DNA of 64,000 bases, from IMG/VR virus record IMGVR_UViG_3300027759_000043. One strand, given 5' to 3'. The translations under genes were made by a program, and so were the position numbers. The notes beneath the pieces are model-generated. The model saw only the letters and a list, made by a program, of their open reading frames with translations. It had not been told where the DNA came from and ran no database searches. Below, piece after piece: positions 28,023 through 36,698 of this stretch. The stretch is from a virus (lineage: Duplodnaviria; Caudoviricetes). How positions within the stretch are numbered: position 1 is the first letter of the stretch; each line of letters begins with the position of its first letter.

Positions 28023-28289
28023 ATGCGTTTTAATCCAGAAACTAAGACTTTTAAAGTTTTCACCGCTTTACACAATGGCGAGACATTGACTCCTGCTGAA
28101 GCCAAGAAGCGTTTTGGCGTGGGCAACTTGAGTGCTGAAGTGTCACGTATCCGTCAAAACGGATTTGCTGTGTATTCTAACACACGCAAGGCCGGCAACG
28201 GTGTTCGCGTAACTGAATACGCAATTGGCAAGCCAAGCCGCAAAATCATTGCAGCCGGCTACAAAGCAATGGCAATGGGCTTGGTCTAA
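28023..28289 (+). CDS. Winged helix-turn-helix DNA-binding protein
   Basis: LHNGETLTPAEAKKRFGVGNLSAEVSRIRQNG. Confidence 0.7.
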   Translation: MRFNPETKTFKVFTALHNGETLTPAEAKKRFGVGNLSAEVSRIRQNGFAVYSNTRKAGNGVRVTEYAIGKPSRKIIAAGYKAMAMGLV

Positions 28290-28327
28290 TTTAGACACGC
28301 TGTCCAATTCAGACTGGACACTTGAAC

Positions 28328-28354
28328 AAAACCCTACCCCCGGTAGGGTTTTTT
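28328..28354 (+). terminator. Rho-independent terminator
   Basis: AAAACCCTACC-CCC-GGTAGGGTTTT(TT). Confidence 0.85.
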
Positions 28355-28355
28355 C

Positions 28356-28384
28356 TTGACCGAAAACTCTAAATCCTGTATAAT
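28356..28384 (+). promoter_or_regulatory. sigma70-type early promoter
   Basis: TTGACC-17 nt-TATAAT. Confidence 0.8.
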
Positions 28385-28390
28385 AATTGT

Positions 28391-28843
28391 ATGCTTAAAA
28401 AACTCTTTGAACGTTTGGGTCGGTATCGTGTAATTATGGACCGTGTGGACAATGAACCTTACTTGGAACGCTACTATGTGTTTCTTCGAGATAGAAACCG
28501 ATTCCCATTCAATATCTTTGTACACAAGTTTTTGAAATCGGATCCGGATGAGGTTCATGATCATCCTTGGCCCTACTTTACCGTGATCTTGCGTGGCGGT
28601 TACTGGGAGTGGGTTCCGCACTTTGATTTACGTGGTCAAAAGATTTGCGAAATACAAAAATGGCGTGGTGCCGGACATTTCCGTTTTAATCGAGCCACCA
28701 GTTACCACCGTATTGAACTAGATCCTGATATCACCTGTTGGACCTTGTTCTGTCCCGGTCCCAAACAACGTGATTGGGGATTTTTAGTTAAGAATAAATG
28801 GGTGCAATGGGAACAATACCTAGCCGCCCGCTCAAGTAAATAA
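28391..28843 (+). CDS. Cupin-like phage protein
   Basis: HKFLKSD..VHDHPW...ILRGGYWE, HRIEL. Confidence 0.7.
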   Translation: MLKKLFERLGRYRVIMDRVDNEPYLERYYVFLRDRNRFPFNIFVHKFLKSDPDEVHDHPWPYFTVILRGGYWEWVPHFDLRGQKICEIQKWRGAGHFRFNRATSYHRIELDPDITCWTLFCPGPKQRDWGFLVKNKWVQWEQYLAARSSK

Positions 28844-28861
28844 ATGCAAGGAAAAGAGATT

Positions 28862-29233
28862 ATGAACTTGGAAACTATCATTACTGCCATGTTTACCGGA
28901 GTAGGATTTGGTGTTATATTATTTTTGCTATTTGTTTGGATAATATCTCGCAGACTCCAGTTTCGAGTTGATTCGGAACTGTCAGGTATCATGGAAAAGT
29001 TGGCCCAGGACCGGCTGATAGCACTCACAGTAGAGGTTGACCAAAACCAATATTTCTGCTATAATGCTATTACTAAAGATTTTGTATGCCAGGGTTACAG
29101 TTTAAAAGAAATTGTAGAACGATTTCGTTTGCGTTATCCCAACAAGGCTGCCGCCATATACGACGGCGACGAAACAGCAGTAAAGACACTTAAATCTCAA
29201 ATGGAAGACTTGGATGAAAATCTCACTTGTTAG
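28862..29233 (+). CDS. Hypothetical protein with N-terminal TM helix
   Basis: Hydrophobic N-terminus; overlaps next gene. Confidence 0.6.
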   Translation: MNLETIITAMFTGVGFGVILFLLFVWIISRRLQFRVDSELSGIMEKLAQDRLIALTVEVDQNQYFCYNAITKDFVCQGYSLKEIVERFRLRYPNKAAAIYDGDETAVKTLKSQMEDLDENLTC

Positions 29234-30068
29234 CGATGTGCATTTAGAATTTGGAGACTTGGACTTTGATAATGATCAAGGTGCTGAAGTCCTGATTCTC
29301 TCTGGCGACATTTGCGTGGCCCATGATATCACACAACGTGATCCATACGGCGTGATGGGCCCAGAATATCGTAGCAATCGCTTTCATGATTTCTTTCAAC
29401 GCTGTCATGCAAGATTCCCACATGTGATTTACATTGTGGGCAATCACGAATACTACCATGGTGACTTTGGCACTGCTCTTGCACATCTAAAGGATGTGCT
29501 GGGCTACTTGCCCAATTTGCACATTCTAGAAAAAGAGTCAATCACTATCGGCGATGTCACATTCTTGTGTGGTACTCTATGGACCGATATGAATCAGGAA
29601 GATCCAGACACCTTGTATCGCATTCGCAGTTACATGAATGACTTTAGAATCATCCGGGACAGTCGCTATCCTGTGCATTACAAGGACAGCGAAGGCAAAC
29701 ACCACACACGTGAGGGCCGATTCAGTCCCGAAATCAGTGTGGAAGAACACCGGGCCATGGTGAAGTTTGTAAAGGAGTCAGTTGACGCTGACCCCACTGC
29801 TCGGTATGTGGTTGTTGGTCATCACTCGCCTAGCAGATCAAGTACTCACCCACAGTATGCAGATCAAACCATGGTGAATGGTGCTTACAGTAGCGACTTG
29901 GATCAGTTTATCCTTGATCGCCCACAAATCAAATTGTGGACACATGGACACACTCATCATGAGTTTGACTACATGATTGGCTCGTGCCGTGTGGTGTGTA
30001 ACCCACGTGGTTATGATGGATATGAACAACAGGCAGAACAATGGCAACTAAAAACAGTGGATATCTAA
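29214..30068 (+). CDS. Calcineurin-like metallophosphoesterase
   Basis: SDVHLE, SGDI, GNHEYY, GHHSP, HGHTH, NPRGY. Confidence 0.9.
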   Translation: MKISLVSDVHLEFGDLDFDNDQGAEVLILSGDICVAHDITQRDPYGVMGPEYRSNRFHDFFQRCHARFPHVIYIVGNHEYYHGDFGTALAHLKDVLGYLPNLHILEKESITIGDVTFLCGTLWTDMNQEDPDTLYRIRSYMNDFRIIRDSRYPVHYKDSEGKHHTREGRFSPEISVEEHRAMVKFVKESVDADPTARYVVVGHHSPSRSSTHPQYADQTMVNGAYSSDLDQFILDRPQIKLWTHGHTHHEFDYMIGSCRVVCNPRGYDGYEQQAEQWQLKTVDI

Positions 30069-30247
30069 AATGGTTGCGTTACAGTGGTGTCAGCATCATT
30101 GTAACGCTTAACCCACTGCATTGGCGCTGGGTGCCACAAGCACGTTGCGAACGCAATACTGAGTGGCCCAGTCCCAATGAGGTCACATACATGGCAAGTT
30201 GGTTGTTTTTGACCATACGTGGTTGGGTTGACAATGGAGATTGGTAG
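30041..30247 (+). CDS. Small hypothetical protein
   Basis: ORF in operon-like run; Trp-rich. Confidence 0.55.
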   Translation: MATKNSGYLKWLRYSGVSIIVTLNPLHWRWVPQARCERNTEWPSPNEVTYMASWLFLTIRGWVDNGDW

Positions 30248-30399
30248 TGCGAGATCTAGTGTCATACATAGTTTATGCCATACTCATGGTATTGCTGTAT
30301 ATCAACACCTCTGTAGTAGGTGAAGATCGTGAACGTGCGGCATTGGATCGGGTACGCAACTCAAGTGGATACTTAATACGATATGAACAAACAGACTAA
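30247..30399 (+). CDS. Small TM protein (50 aa; not in track)
   Basis: GTG overlapping upstream stop; MRDLVSYIVYAILMVLLYINT. Confidence 0.45.
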   Translation: MRDLVSYIVYAILMVLLYINTSVVGEDRERAALDRVRNSSGYLIRYEQTD

Positions 30400-30655
30400 A
30401 CAACTAGCAGAACAGGCAGGATTTGTCCTGGATGAATTACCAGACACGGTTCTACAGCCATTGGAAACATTTGCTGACCTATTGCGAGCCGCTAACACTC
30501 GTGAAGTGATTGCATTGTGTGCCAACACCATTAACCGCAACCTTAACGAACAACAACAAAAAACAAAACGTCGTTGGGATATAGTAGAAGCCGTGGTAAT
30601 CGTAACAGCATTGGTAGCCTGGGGTGCCTGGTGGTACACTCAATTACACACATAA
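30383..30655 (+). CDS. Hypothetical protein with C-terminal TM helix
   Basis: KQLAEQAGF motif shared with 33634..33846. Confidence 0.6.
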   Translation: MNKQTKQLAEQAGFVLDELPDTVLQPLETFADLLRAANTREVIALCANTINRNLNEQQQKTKRRWDIVEAVVIVTALVAWGAWWYTQLHT

Positions 30656-30665
30656 AGGACCGGAT

Positions 30666-31379
30666 ATGAAAATTTATATTGGCAAACCTCGAGATCACTG
30701 GATCTCACCTTACACCATATTGGATTACATGTTCTTTTGGACTGACTGGAGCAAGTGCAGTCGCGACCGCCGCATTCGCACTCTTGAAGAAGAACGCAAT
30801 TACGTGGAACATCCTGAGTGGGTAGAACGCTGGAGTGATCGACTGGAACCTGTCAGCCATGCTATTCGGTGGATCTTGGATCGTGTGCATCCGGCCATCA
30901 ACTATGTAAAGATTGATCGTTGGGATACCTGGAGCATGGATCATACCTTGAGTCCCATCATCTTGCCCATGCTCAAGCAACTGAAAACAACTCAGCACGG
31001 TGCAGGATTTGTTGACGATGAGGACGTTCCTGAAGAACTAAAAAGTACCAGCGCACCCGCCAAAGAAAACGAGTGGGACACTGATGCCAATCACTTTGCT
31101 CGTTGGGAATATGTGCTGGATGAAATGATCTTTGCATTTACTTGCAAAACAGATGACTCCTGGGAAGATGAGTTCCGTTCAGGCGAGATCGACATGCTGT
31201 GGGTACCAGTAGACAAAGATGGCAACGAGGTACCCAAGGGAGAACACAAGTTCTCTGAAATGAGACGTGGTCCCAACGACACATACAAGTGCGATTATGA
31301 AGGCATGCGAGTGGTTGAAGCACGTATACAAAACGGCTTCCGCTTGTTTGGCAAGTATTATCAGAATCTCTGGGACTGA
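30666..31379 (+). CDS. Conserved hypothetical phage protein
   Basis: AAAGGA RBS; VKIDRWDTWSMDHTL..II.PML, GFRLFGKYY..LWD. Confidence 0.7.
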   Translation: MKIYIGKPRDHWISPYTILDYMFFWTDWSKCSRDRRIRTLEEERNYVEHPEWVERWSDRLEPVSHAIRWILDRVHPAINYVKIDRWDTWSMDHTLSPIILPMLKQLKTTQHGAGFVDDEDVPEELKSTSAPAKENEWDTDANHFARWEYVLDEMIFAFTCKTDDSWEDEFRSGEIDMLWVPVDKDGNEVPKGEHKFSEMRRGPNDTYKCDYEGMRVVEARIQNGFRLFGKYYQNLWD

Positions 31380-31852
31380 TGGAAGAATCCAACTCCGCCA
31401 AAGGCCGGGACAGTTTTGATGTTGCAACCGGCAATACCTTGGTGCATTTTTTTAATCGTAATGTAACACCTTACGCCACCAGCACACTAGGACCCAAGTT
31501 TGATCTAATACCTGTTGAAAAACAAAAAGATCTCATGATCAATCATGCCAGGATGTATGCCCAGCAAGAATATGATCGTATCATGGAAATGGTCACAGTT
31601 CTACAACGACAGGCAGATGACATTAGACGCAGACTAGAAGTAACTGACGCAGTATATGCCGCAGAATACAATTTTCAGATTGTCATGGGCAACTGCTATT
31701 GGTTGGTTTGGCACAAGAGGTATGAAAAAACTCTGTTGGTACATAGCGGTCCTGATGACTGGAATACCGGAGTGCCGGAGGATTATGAATACATGACGCA
31801 GGTCAAGTACATGGGTGACCATACTTGGCAAGAAGTTGACTCCAAATTATAA
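31379..31852 (+). CDS. Hypothetical protein (DUF2452-like)
   Basis: PYAT..LGPKF, coiled coil, F..VMG..Y.L, D.TW. Confidence 0.6.
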   Translation: MEESNSAKGRDSFDVATGNTLVHFFNRNVTPYATSTLGPKFDLIPVEKQKDLMINHARMYAQQEYDRIMEMVTVLQRQADDIRRRLEVTDAVYAAEYNFQIVMGNCYWLVWHKRYEKTLLVHSGPDDWNTGVPEDYEYMTQVKYMGDHTWQEVDSKL

Positions 31853-31854
31853 AT

Positions 31855-32049
31855 GTGTTACAATACGATATGACTACTATAACTGTTGAAGGTGCCGATC
31901 GAGCAATTGATGCGGGCATATGGCTTAATGAACAATGTATAGACTATCAAATTGATATGGAGCAAGTTTGGACTAAGACCGAGCCTCGATATCAATTTCA
32001 ATTTTCTAACACTAAAGACGCAACACACTTTGCATTACGATGGCGATAA
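31855..32049 (+). CDS. Small paralogue family member 1
   Basis: Ends FQFSNTKDATHFALRWR. Confidence 0.7.
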   Translation: MLQYDMTTITVEGADRAIDAGIWLNEQCIDYQIDMEQVWTKTEPRYQFQFSNTKDATHFALRWR

Positions 32050-32052
32050 GGT

Positions 32053-32280
32053 ATGTTCGAGCATGAACTACGCATAGAACATGCCAGTCCCGACGACGGC
32101 ATACGTTGGAGCCATGAATTGCAATGGTCCGGATTGATTCAGGGTCAAGACTATGTATGGCAGTACGTGCCGGCCTGGGATGACAACTTTGGATCACACA
32201 CATCGCCTCGAGCCGTGGTGTTTGCATTTAGCAATCCTGCCATGGCCACATTTTACCAATTGAAATGGCAACACACTTGA
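32053..32280 (+). CDS. Small paralogue family member 2
   Basis: Ends FAFSNPAMATFYQLKWQHT. Confidence 0.7.
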   Translation: MFEHELRIEHASPDDGIRWSHELQWSGLIQGQDYVWQYVPAWDDNFGSHTSPRAVVFAFSNPAMATFYQLKWQHT

Positions 32281-32498
32281 TGAAACAACACATGTTACCT
32301 GAAACTGCTAGGATGTTTAGTCTGTGTGTGCATTGTGTGACTCCACGAAAAGATGCATACGGGCCAGACATCATGCGTTGGCTCACTGAAAATATAGCAA
32401 AAACAGAAGCAGGGTTCAGGCCCTGGACTAGAACAGATCGAGAATTCAAATTCATGCACGAGCGTGATGCTATAATGTTTGCACTCCGATGGTCATGA
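32280..32498 (+). CDS. Small paralogue family member 3
   Basis: Ends FKFMHERDAIMFALRWS. Confidence 0.7.
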   Translation: MKQHMLPETARMFSLCVHCVTPRKDAYGPDIMRWLTENIAKTEAGFRPWTRTDREFKFMHERDAIMFALRWS

Positions 32499-32686
32499 CA
32501 CATACAGTAAGAATACCCTGGCGAAAAGGCGACACCATCTCCAAGTGGGACGAAGTATGCATCTGGACCATTGAAGAATTTGGCCTGCCTGGCGAACGCT
32601 ATACCACACACCCCACATCAGACTACATGGATTTTGTTTTCCAGCACAGCCGGGACGCTATATACTTCAAACTCCGATGGCTATAA
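32495..32686 (+). CDS. Small paralogue family member 4
   Basis: Ends FVFQHSRDAIYFKLRWL. Confidence 0.7.
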   Translation: MTHTVRIPWRKGDTISKWDEVCIWTIEEFGLPGERYTTHPTSDYMDFVFQHSRDAIYFKLRWL

Positions 32687-32913
32687 AAACTGCTGAAGAC
32701 ACAATCCGACTGGGTGACAGTTTCAATCATGCCTGTAGAATTCAAAAAAACTATGGCGTGTTGGAAGAAATATTGGCCTGGTCAAAAGAGTCATTGACTG
32801 CAGAATGGCGATGGCAATTGGTCAGTGTGAGTTCAGACGTCCGCCCCGGAGATTACATTTTCTACTTTGATAGCGAGCGTGACTACCTGGCATTTGTAAT
32901 GAAATGGTTATAA
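32677..32913 (+). CDS. Small paralogue family member 5
   Basis: Ends FYFDSERDYLAFVMKWL. Confidence 0.7.
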   Translation: MAIKTAEDTIRLGDSFNHACRIQKNYGVLEEILAWSKESLTAEWRWQLVSVSSDVRPGDYIFYFDSERDYLAFVMKWL

Positions 32914-32921
32914 GTAAAATT

Positions 32922-33209
32922 ATGCGTACACCCCAAGAACGAGACAAGAAAAATCTACGTATTCAACGTGACGAAAATGCTATTCGAAAGCAATCCAAGA
33001 TTGCCCGAGCACATGGTATGGATGTAAAAGAGCCACACAAGTTCGCCAAGCATCATGCCATGGATTGTGGACAACCAGGTTGTGTCTTGTGTGGCAACCC
33101 AAGAAAAACATTCAGCGAGTTGACCGCACAAGAAAAACGCCTGTTCCAAGATGCAGAACAGCCGCGTGACAAACATTCAAACGGCTTGCCCCGGAATCAA
33201 GATGATTGA
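32922..33209 (+). CDS. Basic protein with putative Zn site
   Basis: H..KHHAMDCGQPGCVLCGNPR. Confidence 0.65.
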   Translation: MRTPQERDKKNLRIQRDENAIRKQSKIARAHGMDVKEPHKFAKHHAMDCGQPGCVLCGNPRKTFSELTAQEKRLFQDAEQPRDKHSNGLPRNQDD

Positions 33210-33411
33210 CTTTGACATAACCATGCAAAGAATCAAGAACTTGGGCGAGTTTGAAGTTCAAGTCACTGTGCCTAAAACATTTAGTTTTCGTGGCCAGGTG
33301 CCCTGGGACATGCAGATACTAGGCGATCAGGCTTTTGTCACAGTGATCGCACCCAGCCTTACTGAGGCTCGAAGCAGAGTAGAAGAATATTTTAATTTCA
33401 AGGAAGAATAA
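33202..33411 (+). CDS. Small hypothetical protein
   Basis: ORF in coupled run. Confidence 0.55.
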   Translation: MIDFDITMQRIKNLGEFEVQVTVPKTFSFRGQVPWDMQILGDQAFVTVIAPSLTEARSRVEEYFNFKEE

Positions 33412-33413
33412 AC

Positions 33414-33659
33414 ATGGACATGGATCAAGCGGCTGTATTTTTGGCCGGAAGTATATTGACAGCACTGGGGTTTATTGTGGTATTGGTAGCCATAGTGATT
33501 GCCAACAACATCATACATCGTTGGTGGAAACCCTTGGGCTGGAACTTTGGATGGATCAGCGCACCCACAAGATTTGCCACCCCAGAAGAACTAGAACAAC
33601 CCCCAAAAATAGAACCTGTAATTGACAAGAAAAATGAACCGAAAGCAAAAACTAATTGA
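33414..33659 (+). CDS. Small membrane protein
   Basis: AAGGA RBS; long hydrophobic helix. Confidence 0.6.
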   Translation: MDMDQAAVFLAGSILTALGFIVVLVAIVIANNIIHRWWKPLGWNFGWISAPTRFATPEELEQPPKIEPVIDKKNEPKAKTN

Positions 33660-33846
33660 GCAAGCAGGCTTCAGCCGGACCTTTGAAGCAGATAGATTGA
33701 ATCACTTGATTGATCTCACAGTGAACCAGTGCATTGTTGCCATCACCAATTCTTCGCGAGATCACTGCCCCACCACCTACGATCAGGATCAATGGGCCAG
33801 CACTATTGAACGCTGTGTTCGTAGCATAAAACAACAGTTTCGATAA
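33634..33846 (+). CDS. Small hypothetical protein
   Basis: KLIEQAGF motif as in 30383..30655. Confidence 0.55.
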   Translation: MNRKQKLIEQAGFSRTFEADRLNHLIDLTVNQCIVAITNSSRDHCPTTYDQDQWASTIERCVRSIKQQFR

Positions 33847-33848
33847 GA

Positions 33849-33877
33849 TTGACACACAAATATCCTTGTGTTATACT
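33849..33877 (+). promoter_or_regulatory. sigma70-type early promoter
   Basis: TTGACA-17 nt-TATACT. Confidence 0.8.
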
Positions 33878-33898
33878 AGACTCAAATTGGAGAGTCGC

Positions 33899-34234
33899 AT
33901 GAGTACAAGTACTTTTGTTGTGGTTTGGGATAATTTGGGTTTGGAATATGTGGGCAACGTCACCGAGGACGAACAACGCCGTGTGTGGGGCAAACTCAAC
34001 GGCAAGCCTGTGCCAAGCCAACTGCCTAATGTGAATCATCTGTTGCTTCGTGCTAGATACAACAGCCAACGTCACTATGAAATCTATTTGGTCAACGCCA
34101 CGGATGGAATAACTACAGACGACATACGTGCGATGTTTGAGGCATCACCACAAACTGCCGCAGACACCATACGCACTCTTGGTCATTGCTACTACAGTGA
34201 CCGAGTGAATAAAGATAAAATATTAATCACATGA
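33899..34234 (+). CDS. Conserved hypothetical phage protein
   Basis: GGAG RBS; VVWDNLGLE, LLRARYNSQRHYEIY. Confidence 0.65.
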   Translation: MSTSTFVVVWDNLGLEYVGNVTEDEQRRVWGKLNGKPVPSQLPNVNHLLLRARYNSQRHYEIYLVNATDGITTDDIRAMFEASPQTAADTIRTLGHCYYSDRVNKDKILIT

Positions 34235-34788
34235 ACCAAAATATCATCGACGGCCTCAAAGCCTTTGACTGGCAAACCATTGTTGAATACGGCAACAGCC
34301 TTGACGATCTCAACAGCAGGCAATGGCGTTTTTTAAAAGGACTGGTGTGTGAACTCATCACAGAAAAATGTAGCAATGGTAACCTTGTCTATGTTGGCCA
34401 AGACCACAAAGATTTTGACTGGCCCAGGCACAATATCTCAATCTCAGTTGAATTAAAAAGTCAACTCAGTGCTAGAATGTACACCAAAAAAGGTCGGTTG
34501 AGAAAAAACTATCCCATCAAACTCAACAACAGTCACGGAACAAATGAAAAGAAAAAAATAGATGCCAAGGATGTGGCTGACATAATCATTGTGGTTCGTG
34601 ATGATGGTGCGTTTATGATCGATCAAGCAACTGCAATCAAACATGCCAAACCAGCAGGTGATGGCTTTAATGTCACCGTCACCGGGGACGAAGTTATTGA
34701 GTTATCAGGTCTCGTTGTTCCAGACAAAGTATACACAACAAATCTCAAAGAAAAGATCATGACAGTGATCCGAGATTCTTTACCATAA
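34231..34788 (+). CDS. Hypothetical protein, possible PD-(D/E)xK nuclease fold
   Basis: GLVCELI...KDFD...SVELKS. Confidence 0.5.
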   Translation: MNQNIIDGLKAFDWQTIVEYGNSLDDLNSRQWRFLKGLVCELITEKCSNGNLVYVGQDHKDFDWPRHNISISVELKSQLSARMYTKKGRLRKNYPIKLNNSHGTNEKKKIDAKDVADIIIVVRDDGAFMIDQATAIKHAKPAGDGFNVTVTGDEVIELSGLVVPDKVYTTNLKEKIMTVIRDSLP

Positions 34789-34797
34789 TGTAACAAA

Positions 34798-34865
34798 GTA
34801 GTACTTGAGTATTACTTTTGATTTTGCCATTTAAGGTTGACTTTTAATGGCGCCTATAGTATACT
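34798..34865 (+). promoter_or_regulatory. Palindrome plus sigma70 promoter
   Basis: GTAGTACT-TG-AGTATTAC (34798-34815), 21 nt, TTGACT-17-TATACT. Confidence 0.75.
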
Positions 34866-34927
34866 TTGTTCTGTGTTAGCAATTAACACATTTTTTAACT
34901 TTATCGGCTTAGGCCAGAAAGACTACT

Positions 34928-35200
34928 ATGAGCGATACTTACACCGTTGCCGTTTTCAAAGATGAAACTTCTTATAGCATGACCGTTCGCTGTCTTGCTC
35001 GCAACAAACATTTCAAGTACAATGTTGGTAACCCCAACTGCATTTACGACTCTACACAACCGGATCCCAAGATGTTCACAATCCTGTTTGAGGGTTCTCA
35101 AACAGAAGCAGAGAAATTTGCTCATGTGATTGCGGCCGCTTACTCGTTGGTGGGCGTAAAGCGCGGACTTGTGAAAACTGAAGGAACTGACAATGAATAA
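34928..35200 (+). CDS. Hypothetical early protein
   Basis: ORF downstream of promoter. Confidence 0.6.
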   Translation: MSDTYTVAVFKDETSYSMTVRCLARNKHFKYNVGNPNCIYDSTQPDPKMFTILFEGSQTEAEKFAHVIAAAYSLVGVKRGLVKTEGTDNE

Positions 35201-35963
35201 AACAAACCACCGAGCCCTTGACGTTGAACTACAAAGACAACGTTACGGCGAAAACTCCGAACTACTCAAAGGTTTAGGATTCAACACAGATGTCATGAAC
35301 ATTCGACGTGTGGCCAGGGAATTAGCCACAGTTGATACTTGGCGTTACATGGAAACCAAAGGTCTTGAAGACCTCAAGGATTGTGTAACTGACTACGACT
35401 TGTATGAGTGGGTCACTAACACACAACTTGATCCCGCTTTGTTAAAAACAGGATTAATACTTGAGTTTGGTACTGCAACTGGTCGCACACTGAATCAGTT
35501 TGCATATTGGTTACCCAATCAAACTATCTATGGTTTTGATGGTTGGCAAGGATTGCCAGAAAAGTTTAACGACTTGGCAGAAGGACATTTTGCACAGGAG
35601 TTGCCTGAGGTACTTCCAAACTGTCAACTGGTAAAAGGTTGGTTTGGCAGTAAGCCTGCATGGGATAATTCTGGTATTGCAGAATTTACAGCACAAAAAT
35701 TTGCTAGTGAGTGTTCGTTTCCAATTGCATTGTTGCATCTAGATGCAGATTTGTATGATCCAACTAAGACAGTTTTGGATGTATTTGCAAAACAGATTGT
35801 GCCAGGTACTGTGATTTTGTTTAACGAGTACTGGAATCATCCAACTTGGAAGAAACATGAATACCGGGCCTGGCAAGAGCATTGTAAAATGCATGGCGTT
35901 AAATATGAGTATATTGGCTATGCTAGTGATCATCAAGAGGTAGCGGTAAGAATTCTAAAATAA
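35193..35963 (+). CDS. TylF/MycF-like SAM-dependent methyltransferase
   Basis: LEFGTATGRT, YGFDGWQGLPE, VKGWF, LHLDADLY, PGTVILFNEY. Confidence 0.85.
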   Translation: MNKTNHRALDVELQRQRYGENSELLKGLGFNTDVMNIRRVARELATVDTWRYMETKGLEDLKDCVTDYDLYEWVTNTQLDPALLKTGLILEFGTATGRTLNQFAYWLPNQTIYGFDGWQGLPEKFNDLAEGHFAQELPEVLPNCQLVKGWFGSKPAWDNSGIAEFTAQKFASECSFPIALLHLDADLYDPTKTVLDVFAKQIVPGTVILFNEYWNHPTWKKHEYRAWQEHCKMHGVKYEYIGYASDHQEVAVRILK

Positions 35964-35990
35964 ATACATTTTAGAACAAAGGGTAACGGC

Positions 35991-36572
35991 ATGCAACTAA
36001 ATGAAAGACTAGACCTTCAACAGGTGCAAACAATTGGCATTTTACGAGATGTACAAAATAGAAAAGTCGAACTTGAGTTTGAATCTACTAGAGAAAACTT
36101 TGACAGTAGAGCACGTAAATGCATCAGTGATGCCGCTACCTTAATTAATCTTGCCAAGGCCGGCAAAGATTATAAAAAAAATAGACTGTATTTTTCTAGG
36201 TTCCAACCTTTCATTGACGCCAGAACGACTAAATTTGAAGTAGAATTAATGTCCCTCTATAGGGTTAGCACAGATGGATCTCCAATTTCTACAGAGGTCA
36301 ATCAAACCTCTAACCCTTCACCTGAAGAACTTGCTAAAAAACAACAAGAGTTAACGGATAGGTACAAAGCCGAAGACATGTTTGTTAATTATCTTAAAGA
36401 TCCTAATAATCCAGTAACAATTGCATGGAAAGGCCTTACAAATAAAGCCGATGCTAAAGATCACATCATTGAATTAATTCAATCTGGAAAGTCACCTGAT
36501 GAAATTGCACGTGAACTAGGAAACGATCTGTATGAAAATTTTGTTACCCGATTAAGAAAACTTGTACCGTAA
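35991..36572 (+). CDS. Hypothetical protein
   Basis: TAAATA upstream; 193-aa ORF. Confidence 0.6.
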   Translation: MQLNERLDLQQVQTIGILRDVQNRKVELEFESTRENFDSRARKCISDAATLINLAKAGKDYKKNRLYFSRFQPFIDARTTKFEVELMSLYRVSTDGSPISTEVNQTSNPSPEELAKKQQELTDRYKAEDMFVNYLKDPNNPVTIAWKGLTNKADAKDHIIELIQSGKSPDEIARELGNDLYENFVTRLRKLVP

Positions 36573-36575
36573 ATA

Positions 36576-36604
36576 TTGACACAAAAAGATTTCTAGTGTA
36601 TACT
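36576..36604 (+). promoter_or_regulatory. sigma70-type early promoter
   Basis: TTGACA-17 nt-TATACT. Confidence 0.8.
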
Positions 36605-36698
36605 AGAAACATGGTAGTGAATCCTACCGGCTAACCGATAAACAACGCTGTGACATAGGGTCACAGTATTGTAATGGTTACGAACAAAAGGAAACATC

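Noticed and set aside
34789-34806. ATGTAAC-AAAG-TAGTACT as a possible fifth Pho box
   Set aside because: The second half-site is poor, it overlaps the palindromic operator and no TAAATA follows at the expected spacing.
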